Shown in pieces: positions 48,401-61,559 of a DNA stretch of 64,000 bases. The first letter of the stretch is position 1, and each line of letters opens with the position of its first letter. Source of the DNA: Paragordius varius (Eukaryota; Animalia; Nematomorpha); NCBI GenBank assembly GCA_964247055.1, contig OZ176051.1:12896001-12960000 (forward strand), in the 5' to 3' direction. The position numbers and the translations under genes are program-made. The notes beneath the pieces were generated by a model, which ran no database searches, was not told where the DNA came from, and saw only the letters and a list, made by a program, of their open reading frames with translations.

Positions 48401-50881
48401 GATAAACTACGGAATTTGGATTTGTTGGATCGTTGTTTGAAAGAAACTTTGAGATTAAGGCCACCCCTGTTAACCCTAATGCGATTGTGTAAAAAGGATA
48501 TTGACGTTTCCATTTATAATGGTAAATATATTTTCTGATTTTATTATTAACTTGGATTGCTAATAAATGAAAATTATTGTTAAAAGTTTTTCCAATGTTC
48601 ATTTTTTATTTGTTCTTCAGACCTTTTGGGATAGTTTTATGGCAAAGGGCTATATAAAATTTAGATATATTTAAAAAAAAATATTTTTTCCATTGGACCA
48701 AATTTATAAATATGCTTTCATTAGCCCTTTATAGGCGCATGATGCTAAAAAATTTTATAAATATTATAAAATTGTAAAAAAATCCGTATACCAAATTTTT
48801 TTTCCCCCATTTTTTTCTTTAATTTTTATGATATCATGAATACAACAGGCAAAAATATATATTATGGTTGTAAAATATAAATAATTAAGGAAAGCTTTTA
48901 GATTGCAATCTAACCAGCAATTTTTTGACAGTTATCGATTTTAATATCAGCTGTTCGTTTCAATCGTATTCTGAAACGAACTGAGTTTGGGAATTTCGAA
49001 GTCAAAAAAATTGTAAAAATTTTAAGAGTTTCTATCAAAGACAGGAGTAGAGGGTTTAATAATTGAATTTTAACCGCAATAACTTTTCAAAACAGTAGTG
49101 TGCTGAATACTTTAAATTTTGGGCTAGAGAACTACCCCAAAATGTTATCACCTACTAAAAAAGGAAAAGGTCATAAAGTATTAATTCAGTTTAATATATA
49201 TATATATATATATTGAGTCTAATTTTTCGCAGACCTGTTAATATGTGTATAGGTTAAAAAAATAATTGTTTAAAGGTGGTAATAATTCGTGATTTTTGTA
49301 AGAGAAAGATATATATAAATTATTTATTAACTAAATATACATCCTTAAAATATACACTAAAGCCCCATTATTGGAAGATTATATATACCATTTACAGTTC
49401 AGAAGATACCCTCGAACAATTCATAATTATCCTAAAAATTATATGTTTTCGAACTAATATATTATTAATATGATACACATCTTTATAGCATAGTTTAATA
49501 TTTTTTCAGCATAAATTTAATTTTAAACAAAATTACATTTTTTTAATAATATATTAAAATACAGGTAATTTTTAATTTTAAAAACACATAATTTATTTGA
49601 GGGTGAATTTGAATTGTTCAAGGGTGAATTTGAATCGTAAATGGTATATATCTATATATTAATCACGATTCTTTAACCAAAATTTGCAGGGAAAAAATCG
49701 TATACTATCCCACAAGGTTATCAAGTGTGCGTATCACCAACTTTTACACAACAGTTGCAAACTTATTGGGGACAAGGTCTCAATGCCCATTTTAATCCAG
49801 ATAGGTATTTAGAATTTAAATTTTTTTAGTTAGAATTGTTAAAATTTAATCAATCTATTTTTATGTTAAAAGCATTGTAATTTGGCATTCAGTTCTTTGA
49901 AATTCGATTGTAGTTTTGTAATTTTATTAACATCAAAAAATGTAAATGGAAAATTTGTATTGTAAGAAAAAGTAATGTAATTGTATATAAGATGTTTCAT
50001 GCTGATATCAATAATATTTAGTTTAATTTTTAACCTGTTGAGTATCTATTGTAAGACATTTGTTTTGGTAAATGATAATTGTGGAGTCATTAATAGCACA
50101 TTCTTTTATACCATGTACACAATATAGTCGTGGATTTCCGTTTGCTCTTTAAGTGTTTGGTTTGGCTTCTTTACACTCCTATGTTTTAAAAATTACTATA
50201 AAATTTTCAATTTCAATTCTTAAATTTGCCACAAAAATAAATATGTACCTTTTAATTATTTTATTTTTTCACCATAGATTTCTCCGTAAATCTATTCAAG
50301 ATAACGTTGATTCAATAGTTTCACCGACCAATTGTGATGGAAAAACACAAAATATTACTTGTGATAAGAATGAAGTTGGCAATGGCCATAAAATACAGGA
50401 CGAGCCTTCAAAATGTCCGTTTGCTGCTTTGAGGCGGACAACAGCCTCGAGTTTTGGCAAATTATTTGAAAAAAGTTTACTTCTAGGTCTGAACTCTACT
50501 TCAGAAATGTTAGTCAGTAAAGAAAATTCTAACAAGTTTCAACAAGACCACCCTAAAACTATAGAAATGGATGAAATGAAGTTGTCATCATCACAAAATC
50601 TGGAAAATGATGCGGGCGGAAGTACGAAATATGCTTATTTCCCTTTTGGGGGTGGTAGGCATAGATGTGTGGGTGAGGCCTTTGCCTACGTTCAAATTAA
50701 AACGCTGGTTGCTCTGTTAATCACAAATTTTAAATTTACGCTAAATATGGGTAATAACAATCCCTCCTCCGCCGTGCTATTAGATAATCAAGATCCTTCA
50801 CTGCATATCAATTATAAAACGCTTATAAGTACCCCACTTAAACCGATGATTGCGTTAGAGCTGAGACGCCGCAATCTATAA
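36401..50881 (+). CDS. CYP51: Sterol (lanosterol) 14-alpha-demethylase, cytochrome P450 family 51, 11 exons, ~683 aa
   Basis: Exons 36401-36511 (TM anchor), 36595-36699, 37217-37393, 38172-38391, 42523-42640, 43310-43515, 46778-46944, 47775-47841, 48360-48521, 49690-49804 and 50278-50881. All GT-AG and phase-compatible (2052 nt). Motifs: [16 protein letters not shown] (SRS1), AGQHTSSTT (helix I), ETLRLRPP (ExxR), [16 protein letters not shown] (heme Cys). Confidence 0.95.
37342..37730 (+). repeat. ~190-bp tandem duplication of the 3' end of CYP51 exon 3 plus its donor site
   Basis: 37342-37528 is repeated at 37537-37730 (tttagttacgcccgtttttggttctggtgtagtttatgatgt.cctcataatgtaa...). Confidence 0.9.
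38560..41690 (+). mobile_element. RTE-like LINE in CYP51 intron 4; body on + (38833-41690) with an inverted 5' segment (~38560-38811)
   Basis: [66 protein letters not shown]. The 5'UTR blocks shared with the 29745-33027 copy lie on the opposite strand to the ORF. Confidence 0.9.
38745..38811 (-). ncRNA. HDV-like self-cleaving ribozyme (second, covarying copy)
   Basis: GGCCAAU(P1) AAAGUCCUA UUGCC(P2) ACC UCCCCGU GGU GUUGGCU(P1', G1.U wobble) GG GGCAU-GAAA-AUGCG(P4) CUAAC GGCAA(P2'). Compensatory changes in P2 and P4 relative to the 33027 copy. Confidence 0.92.
43079..43207. repeat. ~130-bp imperfect hairpin (small foldback element) in CYP51 intron 5
   Basis: aattattg..tacaacaaagggcagtatta-ttgg pairs with ccaatataatactgccccctttgttgta..caataatt. 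Confidence 0.6.
44440..46430 (+). mobile_element. 3' fragment of an RTE-like LINE, interrupted by the LTR element
   Basis: [22 protein letters not shown] at 44507-44797. It resumes after 46392 and ends in a (caa)n tail at ~46425-46435. Confidence 0.75.
44893..46387 (+). mobile_element. Recent non-autonomous LTR retroelement (TRIM-like, 1495 bp)
   Basis: Two 292-bp LTRs (44893-45184, 46096-46387; TG...CA) with no difference found by eye. 5-bp TSD atagc, PBS-like tggtggca, PPT aagggggaag. The 911-bp interior holds only gag-knuckle and integrase-tail remnants. Confidence 0.95.
47481..47677. mobile_element. MITE family B copy
   Basis: atataccatttac...gtaaatggtatat-type TIRs with gggtgaatttgaattgttcaa subrepeats. 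Confidence 0.7.
49381..49650. mobile_element. MITE family B copy
   Basis: atatataccatttacag ... cgtaaatggtatata ends. Confidence 0.7.
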
Positions 50882-52649
50882 TTTTAAACCTTCACAGTTT
50901 TTGTAGATTATTTATTTTATGTTTATCGCACACCAAATATTGCTGCTTATTTGCTCATTTTGATGTATGTATATGTAGATTTTTTGAGTCAACTATATAT
51001 AATGTGATATCACCTACCACTATATACAACATCTTTAACATACATTGTTTAATAACATTTTTTAGCTTTTTTATTCACAAGCATATGCGCCCAATAATTT
51101 GTGATAATTAGCATTAAATTTTTTCAATGGTGCATCATCTATTTTTATAACAATTTATTTTTATTATTTCGGTACTATTAAATATTTTCACAAGGTCGCT
51201 TTTTGTACAGTTTAAATTGAATTTATACAGACAAATATAATAGCTTGAGGATTTTTACAGTAAAAATTGAAATTATATGGACAAAACGTAAAAAAAGAAT
51301 TTTTTAAAAGATTACCATACTTTTTTAAACCTTTTATCCTATAAAAATCATTCAAATACATTAATAAATGTGCTACCAATTTACATTTCCATTTAATACT
51401 TTTCACTTTAATGAGTTATAGTAAAAATATAAAAAAATATGTGCTCTTTTGGGAAAAAATATTGTCGTTATATTTTTACGTTTTGTCCGTATAATTTCGA
51501 TTTTTACTGTGTAAAAATTCAACCATATAATTAATTCTAGATTTTTAACTAAAAACTTATTGTTTTATGTTGCAAAATGAGAAATAGATACTTCAATTAG
51601 TAACAAATTAAAATATTTATATAATTGTAACGAAATAGTCTATGTAAAAAATATAAGGTTTAAAAAAGTATGATTGCCTGTTCTTAAACACATTATTTAC
51701 ATTTTGTCTGTATAATTTCATTTTTTAACCGTTATTTATACTTAATTGATACAGCTTAATACAAAAATATTTAGTAATGAATTATTTATAGTTTTGAAAT
51801 TGTTAATTTATTACATTTTTTCACATATAAAATTTTTTATATAATTCATTTTTACCACATCCACATAGTCAAACTATGATCTTTAAATATTGAGCTTAAT
51901 ATGTTCCATTTTTTTCATAATTGCATTTTTAAAACTGTAGTTTTAATAAAATTGTGCTTCTTTTTTATGAAATTTAGTCATTAATAAATTTGAAATATAT
52001 ATTTTCATCGATAAAACCAAATATTAAGTTGATATCACAAATCTCTTTTTAACAATAAGGTTGGTATTCATTGTTGTATTTTACATAGTAAAATAATATT
52101 AATAAATTAAGGAATATATTACATTTAAATGATAAAACCATAGTAAAATCTACATATAGGTCAATTTATATATGTATGACTTTCATAAACATATCATAAT
52201 TATTAAATAAAATAATATTAAAAAAATAAATTACTATCATTCAAAAAAGTATTGATATCTATCAGATTTAGAATAATTGATCTCCTGATATAAAGATAAT
52301 TTAAAAGATATAAGGTGCAAAATTACCGAAATTAATATTATCTGTGGTAATTACAACTTTGACATTTTCTGTTTAATTTAAGGTTTCGAATGATAAAAAT
52401 TATGTTTTATAGCCTAATACATGAAATTTAAACATTATTATCTAAATTAATTAATCTCCTAATTTTTAATTTTGGCAGTAGAAAAAAACGGAATTTAAAG
52501 CAATAAAATGTTTGGGCATTTTTTTAAATCCCTAATAAAACATTTTATTTAAAAAAAACATTATATTTGATTTGTGTGGTTTATAGGGCCAGGTATATTA
52601 GTCCAAAGAATTAATTAATTATATAATATAAGCTATGCCTTATTATATC

Positions 52650-53500
52650 TTAGTTTATTTTACAATTATTTTGGTTTATGGTTGATCCTCGTAAAATAGC
52701 AGAAATAAAATGTCGCGACCTAATAACGAATGAGAATATCTGGCATACAATAATTACGATTTTAAAAAATAAATGACCGACATAAATTTTCAAGTCACCA
52801 ATCGCCGAAACTGGATTCCAGTCTTTAACCAAAAACATTTAAAAAATATCGTTTTGAAAAGTAAGTCATTGCTTAAAACATATTAATAATCTGGATAATT
52901 TGGGAACAATTGTCAAGTTAAAAATATGTTCAGTTTTTCGTTTAATGTCGCAGGTTGCCTATTTTTTTGATTCGGTAGTGATATGCTAAAATCTTTTAAT
53001 CTAAAATTCGCTACTCATTCCATACATATATAGTAGGTTTGGCACAAAAAACATAAAATGGTTGCAATTATACACCCTTGTTTTTAGAAATGTAAATTAA
53101 TGCGTAACAACCAACTAAATAACTACATTACACTCTAACTAATGTGATTAAATAAAAAGTGTCCACTTTCTCGTGAATATGAATATTGCATAAGACAAAA
53201 TATTTTATATTATTAAAATGGTTATTATGCGGATAATTAGCACTGAATATTAGAGAATTGGGAATATTTCTTGGAAAAACAGTTCATGTGGTTAAATTTT
53301 TAATGCGAAAATATTCGTAGTTTAAAAAATGTTTTAGAAAGGTGTGTGTTTGATAAGTACTAACATTTTGGATAAATCATTTTTCTCAAGATATTTTAGT
53401 TAATCATTAAGTTTATATTAATCCTTAAATATGCAAAAACAGGTTAAACGGTTCTGAATTTTGCTTGGTCTATATATTAAGCACCAATTTAATTTCATTC
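52650..53500 (+). mobile_element. Possible highly decayed hAT transposase remnant
   Basis: Short translations KCRDLITNENIWHTIITILK and ...NRLNGSE..LVYIK resemble hAT C-terminal segments. Heavily disrupted. Confidence 0.3.
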
Positions 53501-53966
53501 TAACTGAGCACCACCCGGTTTTAGTTCCATTTAATTTCAAATCCTAATTAACTATTTTAAAACAACAAATAATATGGCTGACTTTATTATAATTAGATTA
53601 CATATAGATACATAATAAAGGCCCACATTTAAAATCTTAAAACCGAATTTCATTTTTTAAATTAATATCAAAGGCATGGCGCATAGATTATGCCAAAGAT
53701 GTAATTTCGATTCTAAAAATTTATCAAACTTGATATTGCTTTTTAGAGAATAATTTAGTCAGGGTTTTGTCTCAGGGAGTCCTTTAGATAAAAAATGTAC
53801 TAAAATTCATTTGCGAATAGTAAAGAAAAAATTTGACGAGAGCTAAATATTTATTGCCAACGGCCGAGCACCATATAATACCAACAAATACATTCCTAAT
53901 CGACACATAAGATATTTTATACAGACAATCTTAAAACATCGTTTTGTCAGGCATTTTCTATATATC

Positions 53967-56307
53967 TAAGGTGACCAGACGTCCCGCTTTTTCACACTTT
54001 GTCCCGCGTCCCGCTGCGTTTTTGAAATGTCCCGCTTTTTCACGATTATATAAAAAAAATTTAAAATACATTTAAATTTTTTATAAAAAATTATTTTTTT
54101 TATCCGTTTAAATTTTTTACCATTAGTTATCTTTAAAATCTATATCAATTTTAAATTAAAGTTTTTTATTTTTAAATTAAAAATATTTATTTTTTTCAAA
54201 TTTATATCATATGATTATACATTTTGCTTCCTAATCCTACTGCCAACATTATCAAAAAGACAAATTAATATCACAAATCGGTAGCTTATACGTTTACTCC
54301 AGAAAATTAAGGTAATATAATATTTTTTTATATTAATATTAGTTTAAAATATGAGCACAAAAAGAGGTTGTAAATTTAACGATGATTTAATGAAAGAATT
54401 TCCTTTTATCAAAAAAAGAATGAATCATTTGTTAAATGTCTTATATGCGAGGGGGAATTCACCCTAGCACATAACGGCAAGCGTGATATTACAAAGTATA
54501 TGGAAACACAGAAACATAAAAAATATTTAGATATGGGGGCATCATCTTACAAAATGAGCGATTTTTTTCGAAAAACCGCTTTTGGAGAGGAAGAAAAAAA
54601 TTTGGCACTAGCTGAGGGCGTGTTATCTTTTCACGCCGTTAATCACAATCATTCCTTTAGATCTATGGACTGTACCTCACAGGTTATTCGCACCTTATTC
54701 AATAAAAAATTTACATGTACCCGTACAAGGGCTAAGCCATTGAATGCAATGTCCTTTCGCCACATGCATTTTCTGAAAAACAAAAAGATTTACTGAAAAT
54801 TAATTTCATATCGCTATACTTTGATGCATCTCACAAGGAAACAAAATTATTTCCCACTTTAATAAGATATTTTGATCCAGAAACTGGAGTAATTATAATT
54901 TTAGATTTTATTTCGCTACCCGGTGTAAATTCCGACATAAGTTTTACTTCAATAATGAATATTTTAGAAAATAATAATTTAAAAGGCAAAAATATTGCCC
55001 TGATACCATTACGAACTTCGGTGGAAAAGCAAGGAGGGGAACAAAAAACATTTTTTATAAATTACAGATAATATTAATCAAAACATTATTGACGTTGGGT
55101 GTGTAACGCATATAACACACAGCGCTATTCAAACAGCTGCTGATTAGTTACCCCTAGATGTGGAAAATGTAGTTGTTAAGGTATATTCCTATTTTTATAT
55201 ACACGGTACGTGTTGAAACGCTTAAAGAATTCTGTGCAAATGCAGAAGTTCAATATTAAAAAATGCTTGGATATTGTAAAACTCGTTGGCTTGCTCTTCT
55301 GCCAGCTATCGAAGGAATTTTAAAAAATAATCCTTTAAAATCCTATTTTTTATCACAGGACAAATGTCCTACAACTTTGGAAAAGTTTTTTGAAAGTGAG
55401 TCTTCAATATAGTTAGAGTTCCTACATAATCAAGCTTCTCTCTTTCAAAATGTTATTAAATTGATAGAAAGTGACAAAACTTCGGCAATCGAAGTAGCCA
55501 ATGAAATTAGTAACCTAAAATACCAATGTCAAAAAAGGTTATAAAATAATTTTATACCAGTAACCATCCGCAATATTATAAATAATTTAGAAAAACATGG
55601 CTTAATAAATCGCCAAGATATCCTGTACCATTAAAAATGTTTTATACAAACTGTAAAGATTATTGGAAGACTGGACGGTGCAATTCAATCAAATTGATCA
55701 TTTTTTCTATGGATTACATTAAAACCAGAATTTAATTGGTGTGATGTTCAAAAATCATTTCTGCATCTCCCAAAAATTGCAAAAAAGTAGCCTTTTAAAA
55801 TATATTAATAATGAAAAACTTAAATTATGGACAACAGAAAAAAATACAGTAGAAAAGAAATGGTTAGAAATATTTCATCATTTTGGAACAAACTATGTTC
55901 CATACAATATTTCAAAAATTGTAGAAATTGCATTATCTTTACGTGGAACCAACGCTGCTACTGAGCGCGTTTTATCCACAGTAAATCAGATGTGGACATC
56001 GGAAAAATCAAATTTAAATGTTGAAACTTTACCATTTTATCTGTCAAATATAATTTGACAAATTCTTGTGAAGACTTCTACAATATTTTATAAAATGATG
56101 ACAATCTGCTAAAACGCATTCACTCAAATAAATATTATACCAAGGAATTAAATATTTTTTTATATTTATAATGTATTTGTGTTAAAAATAAATAAATACT
56201 ACAATAAATTTTTTGTATAAAAATTTTTGGTTGTACACCCCACCTCATAACCCCCCCCCTTTCTCAGATTTGTCCCGTTTTTTCCTTCAAAAAATCTGGT
56301 CACCTTA
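53967..56307 (+). mobile_element. hAT DNA transposon (Blackjack-like TIR), 2341 bp, transposase pseudogenised
   Basis: TIR taaggtgaccaga / tctggtcacctta; perfect 8-bp TSD tatatatc. BED-finger remnant CLICEGEFTLAHNGKRDITKYMETQKH; hATC SLRGTNAATERVLSTVNQMWTSEKSNL. Multiple stops and frameshifts. Confidence 0.92.
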
Positions 56308-57310
56308 TATATATCTGTTAATATACTGCGAAGTTAAGAGGAAAGCATAAATTTAATTATATTTATTAACATATGCTAATAAATATATCTTTTTAAATTG
56401 AGATTAATTCTGGAATCGAATAAGTTATGAACGAAACCGAATTGCACAAGTTGTCTTTCTATAAGATATTGTAATTCTGTTGCTAATTCTGTGGGTAACG
56501 ACGAATGTTTGTTTAAGATCTCAATGTTGTGAATTAAATTAAAAATAAATTTTATAAAAACTCGAATTTCGGCGCAAAGGCATCATTAGTTGTGTAAAAA
56601 ATAAACTTAAAATAATGTAAACCTTGCTATCTAAGAAAAAAAAGATAATTTAAATAACTTATCTAAATTACAGTAAAATAAATATAACTAAAAATTTAGG
56701 GCCCCATGCGGCTCGGGGGCGGTTTGATAGTGTTTTATGGTTTCGTAATTACAAATTATAATAGCTTACGAATCCATATGAAAGAAGCATCTTACTAGGA
56801 ATTGATAAAAATAAGTTGGCAAATTATATTAATTTTATTATTAATTTATTTTTAATCGATATAATTTTATTGAGGATTTTAAATCTTATTTTACAATATT
56901 ATTTTATTATGCATTTAAAAGGTCAAAAGCCTATAATTAAATGTGGGGTCCTGACTACATAACGATAGATATTAAACAAATTTTGGATATAATAATTATA
57001 TAAAAAAATTTTGTAGAGGCTTAATATATCCATTTTTACATAAACCAGAAATCTTCTTTAACTATCAATCAAATAAGATATATCTTTTAAATTGGTTTCG
57101 TTTACAAGACAGTAGCACATGGTATAAAAAAACAACTTTGTCCATAGTTAAAATAAATTCAATGTAAAATATAGGAATAAAATTGTTTTATTTCAACCAC
57201 TTTTTATTTGTTATCATACGTTACTGTAAATTATAATGCTAAGTTTTTTTATACATTGTTGCGTTGTTGTAAAAACATCATAAAAAACCAAAAAAATAAA
57301 ATTATTTTTA

Positions 57311-57403
57311 CCATATAAGGAAATGTGAAATGATTAAGGAAAGAAAGTAAACAAACAAAAATGTTTCCACGTTTTCATGTATGACTCACATTACCATATA
57401 AGG
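57311..57403 (+). promoter_or_regulatory. Actin promoter: two CArG boxes and an AP-1 site
   Basis: CCATATAAGG at 57311-57320 and 57394-57403 (CC(A/T)6GG, SRF site); TGACTCA at 57382-57388; TATA-like ttataaa at ~57421. Confidence 0.75.
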
Positions 57404-57772
57404 AAATTTTAAGGCACGCCTTATAAACACAACATATTATTATATTATATATAAGTACATATAAACAAGTGTGTGTAAATACCTATTTCTAGAATTGCAT
57501 AAACAATTTTTCAAATTATTTTTATTTTTATATTGTAATTCCCCTGATTTATATTATACACATTTTTTTCTAACGACTTTATAATTATATTGATTCCCTA
57601 CTCCAAATTTGGTAAGATTATATATATATTTTTGCACTTGGTTGCTAAAATTACACGGAAATTTTTGCTATATAATATTAACCTCTATTTTGTGCCCGTT
57701 AATTTAATTATAACAACTTTCCTTTATAATTACCTTTAGAAAACCTTTAAATTTTTTGGCAAAAACTTTTAA

Positions 57773-59389
<1,617 letters not shown>

Positions 59390-59778
59390 ACCCAATCATT
59401 CATTCACATTCCCCGTTATTATATTTTATCTATTGCCAAATTTGCGTGTGACCTTATATTTTTTGTATACATCTAAACCTACTTATAAACATTTTTAAAA
59501 GAATCTTGTGGTTTAACGCACACTAAAAACACATCATATCATGTACATATATTTAAAACCCCTGAAGTAGCTACACTTTGTGATAATAGCTTTAATATAT
59601 ATTTTAGTTAATTATCTCTCATATAGTAGGACTTTGCTAAGATAACTTTCATTTTCTGCCTAACATGTTTTTTATTAATTTATACGTAACATTCTTAAAC
59701 TTTTCATAACCATTACATTATTTCATATTGTATACACACCAACTAATAAATTGGATAATTTGTTAAAATTTTTGCACT

Positions 59779-60848
59779 TTAAACATCAGGTTGTGAATAA
59801 TTTAATTCTTCTCTAACTATTTGACTTATTTCGGACGGTTCTAACCGACCTACTGTTCTTTGTTCATTTTTCGTAGGAAGGCCCGATGTGGCTTTTCTAA
59901 TATCGTCCATGGTTGGGCTTCGTTCAAAGTTTGTAAAACTGGTACTCCTTCCCAATCGTTTGGGCCCATCCCTATTCCAAATGTCTGGATCTGACGCTTT
60001 TTTTACCAATAGAAGTTCAGACATTTCATGTACCCCTAAATTGAATCATTGACATAAAATGTATAAGTTTCTAAATTTCCCTACTCGCGTAAAAAATCAA
60101 TATATGTCTAGACATACAATTCCTAATTTAATTTATATTAAGGAAGCGTTCACTAAAAACAGTGTAAGCCCTATCTAGAATATATTGATTAAAATGAAAT
60201 GTTATTAGCGACGCATTGTTTATTTAAAAACTATGCATGAAACATTTTAATCCGAATATTATCCTGCATTTCGATTTATGGGATTGTTAAAAAGTTTTGA
60301 AAATATATTTATTTATACATTTTATCAACATGTAATTTTTATCTAATTGGTCGATAATTACGCATTTGAAAAGTCCTAATTTTAGGATATTACATTTAAG
60401 CTGTGTAAACTTAAAACGAACTAATCCAATCAGACGATTGTTAAAGCCTTCATGTGTTTCAAAGATTTGCGCTTATTTGAATGAAAAAGTGTGGGCACAA
60501 ATACATAAATACTATTGACGTAGTTATTAAAGAGTTGAGCATACCCTGTTTTGCTAATGTCAATTCATTCACCAAATTCAAATAGTGATTGGATGGTTTA
60601 CTGTACCGTTTAACATTTTTCTCAAAACATTTATTATGCTGCGGCACCGATTCTGGGATCCTCAAAAGATTGTATTTTGCTACAATATTATGTTTTTGAC
60701 ATTCATCCTCTTCAAAATATTCGTCTGAAAATATGCCTAGACCTATAAGAGCTTCCATTTTGACTTCATCTAATGTGCTGTTAGATGCGATCGAAATAAC
60801 TTTGTATAAACTCAAATTGTTATAGATTTTGAGTTTCATTATATGTTT
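59779..60848 (-). CDS. Last two exons of a gene with a probable C-terminal Ras-association (ubiquitin-like) domain; upstream exons not identified
   Basis: Exons 60848-60545 (cag acceptor, gtatgc donor, phase 1) and 60035-59779 (ttag acceptor, TAA) join in frame. IMKLKIY..LYKVISIASNSTLDEVKMEALIGLGI..YNLLRI..LLLVKK follows the RA-fold pattern. Confidence 0.6.
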
Positions 60849-61559
60849 CTGTCAACCAAGCAACATACTTTAAGAAAAACTCAATTAATAGCTTTTTAAT
60901 GAGATTTGATTTTTCTCACATCATTGAACAACAATAATATGTAAATTATTTGAAATAATGTAGTGAAAGATACAATAACATTATCAACAATGCTATTTTA
61001 TTATTAAATAAAACAATGTTAACAATTAAATATAATTAACAGAGTTATAATTTTAATTAATATTGTCATTCTAAAAGTGTTAAATTTATTTTGTCATTAA
61101 ACATGCATAAATTAACTATTTAAATTGGTTTCGATTTGGTCTTCGAAAAAACAAAATATAATACATGATATATGTATATATAATAATAATTTCGATTCTC
61201 GTAAAATTTATTGAACTATATCAAAATTTTCGATAGATGGTTGTATATTTTTCAATGGATAAACCACAACAGAAATCTATATATTTATAAAAATGATAAG
61301 TGGTGGCTTTGTGATTTGTTTCCGGAAAATCGGTAGACCCATTCAAATCCAAATGTCGAATAAATATAATCATTAATGAATCCCCCGACAATAGCTTCTC
61401 CCTTTTTTTGAATAAGGCCCCCAGTTCGGGTCCACCCCGTGTAAAAAACGGTTTTTTTGAAAACATAAGTCAACAAAAATCTGTCTTGGAGACAATTTTA
61501 CGGAAAACGTGTTGGACCATTCGTCAAATATGACTTTTTTTTACTTTTTGTTGATTCCG

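Noticed and set aside
36401-50881. Fungal contamination or horizontal transfer as the origin of CYP51
   Set aside because: Animal-type intron positions, shared MITE/LINE families with flanking DNA and a metazoan actin nearby favour a native gene.
61221-61476. Two overlapping minus-strand ORFs as upstream exons of the RA-domain gene
   Set aside because: No phase-0 donor linking to 60848 and no recognisable domain; the region looks like a repeat terminus.
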